DNA from: Entomortierella parvispora E1425
Lineage: Eukaryota > Fungi > Mortierellomycota
Direction: 5' to 3'
NCBI GenBank assembly: GCA_020891255.1
Contig: BQFW01000007.1
Coordinates: 1,550,001-1,614,000, forward strand
Length of the DNA stretch: 64,000 nucleotides
Translations under genes and position numbers: made by a program
The notes under the pieces: generated by a model
Database searches by the model: none
Told to the model about the DNA's origin: nothing
What the model saw: only the letters and a program-made list of their open reading frames with translations
Part shown: piece after piece, positions 39,101 to 49,538 of the stretch
How the letters are laid out: each line of letters begins with the position of its first letter
How positions within the stretch are numbered: the first letter of the stretch is position 1

Positions 39101-39948
39101 AACCCATATCATCGGCGTCTCTGTTCGATTACTTCCTAATCTCCGAAGCCAGAATGGGCTATCGAATGGCTCTCCATCAGTGTTGTCACAGAAAGGATCG
39201 AGCAGAGACTCCTCTGACGCATGCTTGGGTCGCGGTGATTCATCTCCAATGCTGGGTCGCGGCGACTCTTTTCCAATGTTGGGTGGCGTCGAATTTTTTC
39301 CAATGTTGAATTGCGTTGATCCTCCAATGTACGCAGCCTGAGAAGTCGGAGAAAGAGCCTGTGCCTCCATGACAAAGGGTAAAGGTTGGGCCATATCGGT
39401 AGCACCAGAACCATTGGTAGTTCCCTAATCGATATGAATGGGAGGAGGTGGATACATCTGTTAGAAAAGAAAACGCGAGCAGCACATATTTTTTAACGAT
39501 TTTTTTCATACTTGGTTGGCCACAATTGGTGACTGTATGAATCTTGGCGTTTGTAAGGTTTGTGAGGTGCGCGGGGTTCGTGGAGTTCGTGGTGCTCGTG
39601 GTGCTCGTGGGGTTTGTGTTGTTTGCGGGGTTCGCGGAGGAGCACCTGGGGAATCAAGACGAAATCGTCCCTCACCCTATTGTAAATCACAGAGTTAGAA
39701 GAGGCCACACCAGGAAGAGGCCACCAGGCACCACATCAAGCTACTCACCTTGGTGCTACGCGATCTTCTCGGCGTTCCCGGGATATCTTGATCAGATTTG
39801 CTAAGAGCATCATGACTACAACAGAAAATATGAAGAGATGAAGAAAAATAGAGCAGATGGACGCGTGGGCGACTCTGAGCATCATGGACACCCGAGACGC
39901 GTCTCCTCACCTCTGCTCGATTGGTCTTTTGCTTGCCATCTTTGTCAT
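36140..39948 (-). CDS. Academ-type (DUF6589-like) putative DDE transposase, predicted 1101 aa, 7 exons
   Basis: 823-aa core ORF with IVYDNINI, AGDQMTVSRL, LFHLQM and PTDMYQEIIN (candidate D, D, E residues). Predicted exons 39948-39911, 39815-39749, 39676-39512, 39424-39024, 38933-38873, 38791-38714 and 38635-36140 all join in frame at GT..AG sites. Confidence 0.85.
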
Positions 39949-40300
39949 TTAATCAGATGAAGGGTATAAAGAAGAGGTGGCAGGAGCTGAATGCAAGATC
40001 GGAACGCGGGGTTTATGAAAGAAAGTGGTGGCATTGAAAATGAAAAAATGGAAGAAATTAACCCCATTCAAGCCGGGCGACGAGCGATGGCATGGCTGCA
40101 TGGCTGGCATTACTCTCACTATTTTATTATTATTAGAGTGAATTTATTTAAAGTTTTTAAATTACACTATTTATCAGAGAATTTTTTTTCCTTTTTTGGA
40201 CGAAAAAATTATTTTGGGTCATCCATAGGAAAGGGTGAGATTTGCGCCCAGCCCCTCTGAAGTGAAGGAGTGAGCAAAGAGGGGCTGGGTTCAGAGCTTC
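39280..40300 (-). repeat. Right terminal inverted repeat (1021 bp)
   Basis: Reverse complement of 32705-33725; ends ...GGGTTCAGAGCTTC. Confidence 0.95.
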
Positions 40301-40309
40301 CTGAATCAG
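40301..40309. repeat. Right 9-bp target-site duplication CTGAATCAG
   Basis: Direct repeat of 32696-32704. Confidence 0.9.
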
Positions 40310-41639
40310 GGACACATGTCGAACATGGGATCAGTTCTCGAACATGCATCAGGTTCTGCCTCTTACATTCTTGCATTCTTCCATTCTTCCATTTATGCAT
40401 TCCTGATTCACTAGAAGAGACTCAATCGAATCCCATATACTACATTTGAAAACTGGCCACCTGGTCCATTCCTGATCCAGTGAAGCACGCGTGCTCCGTT
40501 CTGTGCAACTTCTCCATGCTATATCTCTTTCTGTCCTCAGGTCCTGGTCCTGCGGTAACACTCCGATCCGAATCTCCTGCTCCTGCAATCAGTGGGCGAA
40601 TCGCTCTCAGTCCAAGGTCTACGGTACAAAGACAAAAACGCGCTTTTCAGTCAAGTTGCTTCCAGTGCTTCAATGTCCAGAGAAAAAACGCGTTCCAGGG
40701 ACGCGTCTTTCGTCCACTCTCTCGCAGACGCATGCTCCCCTCCATCCTATGGTCACGTTCCTCCCTGCCAAGCCTCCTCCGAGTCCAGAGTCAAGTTTTT
40801 TTTACAGGCAAACACGTTATCCTGGATCGAGAGGCCCGCCATTGGCCGCCTCCAAGCGCAAAGGCCTTCTCCCGAGTCATTTTTTTTCCTATGTGAGTTT
40901 GAAGGTGCTGGCTTTTCAAGGGAATGCATCCAGACAGGACGTGAATGTAAATGAGCCAGATGATTCCTCGCCCCCGATTGCACTCATTCCACCATTCACC
41001 ACGCATGGCTGCGACCATTCCTCGCCGAGAATCGAAAGAGAGAAGTTGGCTTACAAAGTGCGTCATGGTCGTCATACTCGGGACTTTTTGCCTTTTTGGG
41101 AACGCCGGGGGGACCTTACAGGCCAACATGGGATTAGTGCATGCTTGTGAAGGGGGACATGGTGTAGAAGGGGTGTAGAAGGGGTGTAGGAGGCGTGTAG
41201 GAAAGGAATGGAACGGAAGGTGAAGGAAGTAGTTGAGAAAGAAGGGGAAAAGCGTTTGCATGGGATTTATACGACAGGGAAAAAAAAGGAAAATTGAACC
41301 GGGTCCGTCTCATTTCGTACAAATACAAGCCCGCGCCCCGTTTCATTTCTTGCTTCTTCATCCAACTCTTCTCTCTCTTCAGAGCACCCTTCACAAGCAA
41401 ACGCTTCCTTCACAAGCACAAAGCACCACTGCAAGGCCCTTCCTCCTCTACCTGCCTGCTGCCATGTCGGTCGTCCACTGCCAAGAACTCAAGGCTCCCT
41501 GCCTCGGTCCTCATCGCCCTCCTCGGTGATCAAGCCACTTTCAAGACCGCCCCTTGCCTTCAAGACCTCTGGTACCCTTCATCCTTGGCAACCATGAGCT
41601 ACTTGTCCCTGACCTGGCCCTCCTTCTGCGACGACGCTT

Positions 41640-42590
41640 CGTCCTGTCCGTCCGCAAGAACAGCCGCCCTCCATTCGGCTTCATTGGCTCCATTTCGCGT
41701 CTAGAACAAGACATTGGCCCGAGCCCGCCACCAAGAGTCTTTCGCGACTGCTCTTCTGCGGTCGCAAGAAAGGAACAAGGTTCTGTACTTGGTCCCTCGG
41801 GAGGGTGTTGAGCTTCTTTGCTGAAGCACTACCCTCTAGATACCATGGGAGTTCCTGGCGTGCTCAACGGCCCCTTTCGGGGTCTTGAGCGACTACCTGC
41901 GCCTCCTTTTGCCGTTGCTGACATGGTTCTGTACCTGGTTCCTCGGCGGGTATTGAGCTTCCTCGTTGAAGAACTACCTGCCTGATACCTTGATGAGTTC
42001 CTGGCGTGCTTCACCTGCGCCTTGCTTCTGCCTTTATTCTTGGTCTGGCCATCCCCATCTGCAAGAACAGCTGCCTTCCATTCAGCTCATTGGCCGGCCT
42101 CTTTGGCCCGCCTCATTCGCGACCAAGTTCAAGACATTGACCCCGAGCCCGCCACCAAGAATCTTTCGCGACTGCTCTTCTGCGGTTGCAAGAAAGGAAC
42201 AAGGTTCTGTACTTGGTCCCGCGGGAGGGTGTTGAGCTTCTTTGCTGAAGCACCACCCTCTAGATACCATGGGAGTTCCTGGCGTGCTCAACGACTCTTC
42301 CGGGAGTCTTGAGCCACTACCTGCGCCTCCTTTTGCCGTTGCTGACATGGTTCTGTACCTGGTTCCTCGGCGGGTATTGAGCTTCCTCGTTGAAGAACTA
42401 CCTGCCTGATACCTTGATGAGTTCCTGGCGTGCTTCACCTGCGCCTTGCTTCTGCCTTCATTCTTGATTTGGCTCCCTCGTCTGCAAGAACAGCTGCCTT
42501 CCATTCAGCTCATTGGCCCTGCCCTCATTCGCGGCCGAGTTCAAGACATTGACCCCGAGCCCGCCTTCAAGAAATTTCGCAACTGCTCCA
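41640..42590. repeat. Tandem repeat with a unit of about 420 bp (about 2.3 copies) and an internal sub-duplication
   Basis: CAAGACATTG recurs at 41707, 42130 and 42542; long near-identical blocks lie between 41700-42060 and 42125-42480. Confidence 0.9.
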
Positions 42591-43381
42591 CAGCGGTCTG
42601 CATGCCTTCCTTTTCTTTAGTCTAGCAGCATGTGCGGTGTGTGGGGGGCCGTTTCTGTGGGCGCCAAGGGTATAACGTCTGGTTAGGAGTCAGGGCTCAC
42701 GCTCTACAGTTACTTCCTTTGATACCTCACCTTGGGCCAAAGCGCAGAGCGGTGACTAGATAGTTGGGGTTGGGAGCTGGGATCCTCTCTCTCTTTCAAG
42801 TCTTCAAATATACTTCATCTTGCATTTTTTTGCTGATCTTCTGCGCACAGCCACACGAGCTCAAGTCAAAGGTGGCCTTCGTTTGTTCATTTGTTCATTT
42901 GCAGCATCCAAGTTCAGCAGTTTTCATTACGCAATCATCCGTTTCCATGCAGATGCACCCCGGACAACCAAGATTAACATAACGATGCTCTTGCCACACC
43001 CGAGATTCTGTTTATCAACCGGTTCCTGTCCCTTGTTGTGGCTTGGTGTCTATTGGCAGAGACTGAGGTGACCATGGATACAAAAGCCTCACCGCCGCCC
43101 GAAACTGCACTTGCTCGTGTTTAGGGCTCTGAATCGGTGCGAGACGCGCCGCCCTTTTCTTGTTCACGGTTTGGACACGAGCACGGGGCCTGAAGAGCAA
43201 GAAGGTCAGATTAAAGATGGTCAGCATTGTTTTATTGAATGCATATTACACTGTGACAAAAGTACAGCCAACGCGAAGTACAAAAGCTTTTCCTCCTGTG
43301 CGTCCTAAGTACATTTTTTTTTTTTTTTTTTTTAGCTCGAGTCGACCTCAACCTGCTGTGGATGCTGTTGTCTTTTTGTGG

Positions 43382-45729
43382 TTATTTTGTAGGAGGTGAT
43401 CGTTTCTTCATCGTGATGATATAGCTCTCTGTAGCCAGTGCTGTTGTAATGTATTGGACATAGTCTGTGCGTTGCCATTTGACATGACCAATATCGTAAG
43501 AAAGGATTAAGGTCGCCAAGATCAATCGCATCTCCATCATGGCAAAGTTTTTGCCAACACAGTTTCGCGTCCCTGCCGAGAAGGGGTAGAAAGTAAAGTC
43601 TTGGACGGGCGGGAAAGGCGACTCTTCGGTCCAGCGCTCAGGGATGAACTTGTTTGCTTGGGGAAAGTATTCATCTGAATGGTGGAGTGCGGGCAATTGG
43701 GCGATCAAGACTACACACGAGGAAAAGAAGAAACAGATGTGAGGAAAAGATGCAACAATGGCGAACAGGTAAACTGTGGTCGTCTTACTTGTGCCTTTGG
43801 GGAAGAACCATCCTTTCATCGTCACATCCTCTGTGACCTCGCGAGGAAGACCTATTCGGCGAGAAGGTCATGAGTACCGTTGATGACCGGCAATCCTTTT
43901 TAAAAATACGCAGTTGCAGTATCCATTTTTTTACCTGTAGCGGCCACAGGTCGCATTCGAAGAGACTCGTTGATACATCCAGTCAGATATGGCAAGTTGC
44001 GGACTTGGTCATAAGAAGGAATATCTCCCCACGCGTTGCTGGCCGCGGCCAGATCGAGCTCATCCCGCAGCTTGGCCAGCTTGTCAGGGTTCTCGACCAG
44101 GTACATCAACGTGAAGGTCATGGCTGTCGACGATGTCTCTGATCCCGCGATCCTGTTCAGAACACAAATAAAGATGAGGACGCGATCCCAGTCTCTTTTT
44201 TTTTTTTTTTTTTTGTCCAGCACACAGTTGTCACTTACAAAAACACACAGGCCTCCGTCTCGACCGCGCGATCGGTCAACTTTCCAGAGACCATGTCCAA
44301 ATACTCATCCCCAGTTTCTCCTTCTCCAATCGCTCGCTCATGAGCCTGAGCATCTATCAAATACTGCAACAAATCTGCTCTTCTTCCTTTCTCTCCAGCC
44401 TCCTTGCGAACCCGGACTCTTTCCGCCCCAAAGTCCACAAAGGAGTAATCCAATGGAATGAACCATTTCATCCAAGGGTTGAACGTCTGCTGCATGGACC
44501 GCTTCAGCGTGCGAGCCAACTGGCCCGGAACAGGGTGAGAGTCATCCTGGACCATGTCAAACGATTGACCAAATGCCGTCTCCCCAATGATATCCATCGA
44601 GAGTCGCATCATGAAGGAGCAGATATTGACCTGGCCTTGCGGAAGGATCTTGGTGCCCTTTTTGACAGAGGTCGGGTCCAAGAGAACCTGATCAATCTTG
44701 TCCATAAGAATGTGGATACATTCGTGCATAATGGGCTCTAGAGTTCGAAGGTATTGTAGTCCGAACGCTGGCGCAATCAAACGTCTCTTTGGAGAAGAGA
44801 GAAATGTGTGGCAAGGTTTTGAGTAATAGTTGAACTCTGAGCAGAAACCGCGTTTTGTTACAAGTTTAGGGCGGACGATCAGAGATGGGGAGTGATTCTT
44901 TTTTCTTACCCTGTTCTTATGGAATGCCTTGTTGCGCGAGGTGAAGAGGTTGTGCTGCTCATTCAGCTCCAGTCCTTGATGGATAACGCTCTTGGGGTAA
45001 TCCATTGTCACCAAGATCTGCCAGAACGCGATGGAAAGAGAAGAGTGAAAAAAAAACCCCCCCGAAATTGGACTTGTTAGAGACTGCTCACTTTCAATCT
45101 CCATAGGATATTCTGCGTGATAGCCTATTCCTTTGCCTGACCTCTTTGATCATGTCCTTGTCAGCAATCGAGACGATATCTGGAGATACACGTAAGACCT
45201 TGCCATACATCTTGTGGAGGTATGGTAAAGGGTAGTGGCTGCGACAAAGGGCAATTGTTGCAAGGCGTAATGTTAACGGCTGACAGTCCTCACGTCTAAT
45301 TTCCATTTCAAAGGACGTGAAAGAGGGATGGGGCCTTACCTTCTCCCAAAGAGAATAGAGACGCTGGCCGAAAAGTAACTAGAATTGATCAATTTCGGTC
45401 CTGGAATGTAACTCAGAGGGTGAAAATAGGCCACCTTCATGAACTGTGTCGTTGTGACGACATCCCATCCGCCAAACAAAAAAAAAACAAAAAAAAGTGT
45501 TAACAGCCTGAGCACCAAATCTGCTCTCCCCCACAAGTGCAAGGAGTTCTCTGAGCTATTCTTCTCCTACCATGAACAGCTTTTTCATAATAAAAAGAGT
45601 TGCAATCACACGAAGGAGCGAACGTGGGCTCTGGAGCTCGACAAGATTCTGGGGATAGAGAGCCAAGAATGCGCTCGCGTACTCGAGCACATTCCTCAAA
45701 GAGGACTGCAGTCGCGATTGAACTGTCAT
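43382..45729 (-). CDS. Cytochrome P450 monooxygenase, multi-exon
   Basis: I-helix AGSETSST; K-helix INESLRMRP; FIPERW; heme motif FSAGTRNCVG; N-terminal membrane anchor exon starting MTVQSRL at 45729. Confidence 0.92.
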
Positions 45730-46495
45730 GTCGCCTTGCCAGCTCAAACTATAGCAATGGAAGGACTAGAGTCAAGGGTAAATGAGGTTTTCTTTGGATA
45801 AAGTTGAAAGAGGAGGGGGGGCGTAATTTGATTTTCGTTTAAGGAAAGTATCTGTGGAGAAAAAAGAATGAGAGGAAAAAGTCCCGCTCCCTCGCTTATG
45901 AGAGCACAATGTGTGTGTGTGTGGGGTGGGAACTTGGGAAGCAAATACAGTAGCTTCGGGACACAAAGTGACAGAGCTCATACCCACCCCCACAGATCGG
46001 GAGCTTTGACCTCATTTCCAACCCCAAATCGGCTGGACATGCTCGCTTCCTCGGCTCAGGAGACATAAATGAAGCCAGTATGATCTTGGCGAAGGCGCGC
46101 CAAGATAATCATGAGGAAGGTCCTACTCGGCTCAACTTTCTCCTCGCACGAACCCTGCAGCTCTCGATTGAGCCAATCTGCAGCACGCGTCTGCACGCCT
46201 CATTGACCTGTCACCTGCCTGTCACAAACCCCTCAAGATCATTGTCCTATGCATGTTTTGAACCTTCAATTGTATTTTTTTTTTCATATAAATTATTATC
46301 CAATATTTTCATTAATTAATCTTCTGCGATGCTGGTGCTACTGGACAACCACCCACGCGCGCGTAAAGTACAACGTTGCTCCAGCTCTTGCTTCTTATTA
46401 TATCATTGCAATAGTCCTTCTCAATCTCGTTCTCTGTCTTCCTCAGGTTTTCCCCTGATAAGAGATGGAGTTTGTTAGAGCTAGACGTTATTCGC

Positions 46496-49400
46496 TTATG
46501 AGATCCAAGCCTCCTTTGGTGGTATAATGACGCAGCTGTCCTGATCCAACAATCCTTGGCCGATCAAATACTGCCGCATGTGGTCAAATAGCTCCATTTG
46601 CTCATGTCCCTTCAGGTTATGGATCGCGCTCTGCAAGACAACTCCCACAGAAATTGCGCTGGTCTTGATAAAGCTCTGATAGTACATGTATGAGAACAGT
46701 CCCATCAAGAATTGGCAATCCATGCGATCTGTGATGCCTCCGTGACCGGGAATCGACTGGCCAAAATCCTTGATCTTGAAAGCACGCTTGAATCCGGAAG
46801 CGAAGAATCCTCCAAAGGGAGCAATGAGCGAAGCGAAGCACGCCATAAAGATGGTGTGCAACTGCAGGGGTGCGATCATAACATAGTTGTTGCGCATGCC
46901 GAGGTGACGGATAAGAGCGTACATCCAGGGCTTAAGATAGTACTTGACAGGAACGAACACTGGGTCGGGTTCACAGGTCAAGCCAGAGAAGGCGGTGGCG
47001 CGGAGATCCTTGACGGGGCAGATCATGTAGGGGTATCGAAGGAACAAGGTGGCAAACTATAGAAAAGCAAAGGACTCAGCAATTAGAAGCAATTCAATCT
47101 GAATCTTCTCAAATAAGAAAAACGGGCCTCCTCGACTTTAGCAGACAACAAGTGGATGTTCTCTTACCAGCATTCCAAAGACAATAGTCATGACCCAACC
47201 GCCCACAAATCCTTCGACAGTCTTCTTAGGGGACAACTTGATCAGAGGAGTCTTACCCCAGAAGAACCCAAAGATGTAGGCCCAAATGTCGTTGGCGATC
47301 ACCAGGGAGGCAGGCAAGAAGAACCAGATCAAACCTTCAAAGATGTTGTTGATGATGAAGTGACTCTGGCAGACAACGAGCAAAAGTGTCATATGGGTCC
47401 AAGCAAACTGCGAGAACTGGAAGCGATAATGGCCCTTCTTGAGATTTGCGACAAAGAACACAAAGCCTATGTAGCCCATGGAAAAGAGTGGTTAGGTGGA
47501 ACCCTTAATAAGCGGTATAGCGTCACTTGGCATCCGGTGTGTCGTTCTTACCAATCACATAGAGCGTGAAGGAGATAAAGCGATGGTGAGTGGCAAATGG
47601 GAGCAAGAATGCATCCACAAAGACGACGTGCTGGAAGTAGTGGATCAAACTCTCTCCATAGAAGAAGTAGTTGGTGCTGAACAGGAAGTACCTATTTGAT
47701 GAAGATAAAAAAACATTTGTCAGAATCGAAGTCGGCAAACAGGACAGGGAGGATGCATTCACAGGTGCTTTCGTACCAGTTCATGGATCTGAACCAGGGC
47801 AACTTCTTCTCCTTGCTGGGCACGTTCGCGAGGTAGATGACTTCCTTGTAGACCAATCCCTGCACCATGACGACCAGCAGAATCACAAAGGCGGGTCCTG
47901 CAGCCACGCAGGCAAAGAAGCCGCCAATCATGATCAGGGTCCATAGCGTCCTCACAGACCAGTTGTGCCATTTTGCCTTTGCGGTCTCATCTGCCAGCAG
48001 AACAACACCCTACAACATCAAGGAGAAGCTGGTTAGTCTCATTTGCTCTTTGACTCTTTTTTCCCCGATCGAGAAAAAAGGTTACGTGTGTGATTATTGC
48101 AGATAGCACGTCCACCAGCGTGGAAGTCTAAAAGTCAACCCGTCATCGCTCTGAAAAGGAATCTTCCACGGGAAAAGAGGAATAAAAAATGTCCATATTC
48201 GTGCTCTCTGAACCTGTTTGCTGCTCCGAAACTCGCTGCCCAACTGCTGACGGATTGCATCCCTCCCTCTTTCCAGGGTGTGGCGATGGCAGGGTCGTCT
48301 GCCTGGCTATTTGAATTGCCGGACAGGCAATGGACCCAAGATTTGCATGCATCCCCGGACTCGAGCAAAAGGTAGCCTCAGCCCTCTTTCCCACTCTTCA
48401 TTATTTCCTCTTTGCAGCGATTAAATCACAATCGGCTGCACTCTTCCATTTCTGTCCTCCCCCTCGGAAGAAAGAGCAGGTGTGGTACCTCTTTTCCAGA
48501 TCCATTTCCAGAGGTAGTAGGGTGCAAGTGGTTGAAAGGGGCAGTAGAGGATGTTCCTTTTGGAGACGAGGGTTGCGAGGGGTAGCTTTGCTGCCGCTCC
48601 TCTCGTATTCGCTGAATGTGCTTCCGGTTTAGCGTCCTCCGCAACAGTGGCGATCCAGTCCTTTGCTGGTGTTGCTGGTGTTGCTGGTGTTGCTGGTGTT
48701 TCCGCTTTCCAGCTTTTTGTGCTGCACTAAAGCCGTCAAAAGCGCTGTTCGTCTCGTCTTCATCTTCTTCCGATTCGTCGTCCTCTTCCTCGTCTTCTTC
48801 TTCGCTCGAGTCCTCGTCTTCGCTTGCATGGCTACTATTGCTGCTCTCGCTGCTGTCTTCGTCCTCGTCCTCGTCCAAGTCGCTGTCGTTACTGCTGTTG
48901 CTACTGTCGCTTTCACGGCCGGCCTGTCGGTTGTCCAGAAGTGGGATGTGATCCTGCTGTAGACTCTCAAACAGATTGTAGCTTCGAGCAGACAGGGCCG
49001 AGGGCGACAAAATTGTCCTGACAGAGTATTTTGCTCCAGAGTCACTACCGCTCCCAGAACCTGACCCAGACCCCAGAGAAAAAGAGAAAGAGGGAGAAGA
49101 GGAAGAGGAAGAGAATGGAGAGAAACGAGCCAGCTTCCAATCTTGACCAACATCACGATCGTTGGCGTCGATCGATGCAGCAGTCGTTGTAAAGGTTTCC
49201 TGGAGCGGAACGGGTTTTTTGTACTGCACTACGAAAGTAGACTTCTCGACCCCGTTCCCAACAGAGTCATAGGCAGAACCGATTCTCTCTTTCGTATCAT
49301 TGATTGTATCAACAGCCGCGTCGTCCTTCTTTACCTCCTTGGGTGTCGATCCAGCGTCCTTGTTGTGTTTGAGCTGTCGAGGCGACGGAGGAGGACTAGC

Positions 49401-49538
49401 CCGGCTATCGTGTGTGGCCGTTGCGGCTTGCAGTGCGGCGCCTGCAGCGGCGATGCTGTGCTTGGTCTGACTGTTTGTGTTGATGGATGCACCGACGGCG
49501 AGCGGGGAAGATTTCCTTGGGGATTTTGATTTCGTCAT
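46496..49538 (-). CDS. CDS1: Phosphatidate cytidylyltransferase (CDP-diacylglycerol synthase) with a long acidic/Ser-rich N-terminus
   Basis: [12 protein letters not shown]; [35 protein letters not shown]; [38 protein letters not shown]. Confidence 0.95.

Larger units (their letters stand above)
32705..40300. mobile_element. AcademH-like DNA transposon (7596 bp) encoding a RecQ-like helicase and a transposase
   Basis: 1021-bp TIRs, a 9-bp TSD, and convergent SF2 RecQ-type helicase and DUF6589-like genes. Helicase plus 9-10 bp TSD is the published diagnosis of the AcademH lineage of Academ transposons. Confidence 0.88.

Noticed and set aside
32705-40300. Classification as Mutator/MULE because of the 9-bp TSD and long TIRs
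   Set aside because: The transposase shows no MULE-type motifs that I can recognise, and the RecQ-like partner plus YDN/GDQ motifs fit AcademH better.
41155-41215. Short GGGGTGTAGAA-like repeats considered as an interstitial telomere seed
   Set aside because: Only 3-4 degenerate copies, and not a TTAGGG-type unit.
974-49538. Apparent clustering of lipid genes (PLD, ERG1, GUT2, AUH, P450, CDS1)
   Set aside because: They are spread over 48 kb, interleaved with unrelated genes and belong to different pathways; there is no sign of co-regulation, so chance is sufficient.
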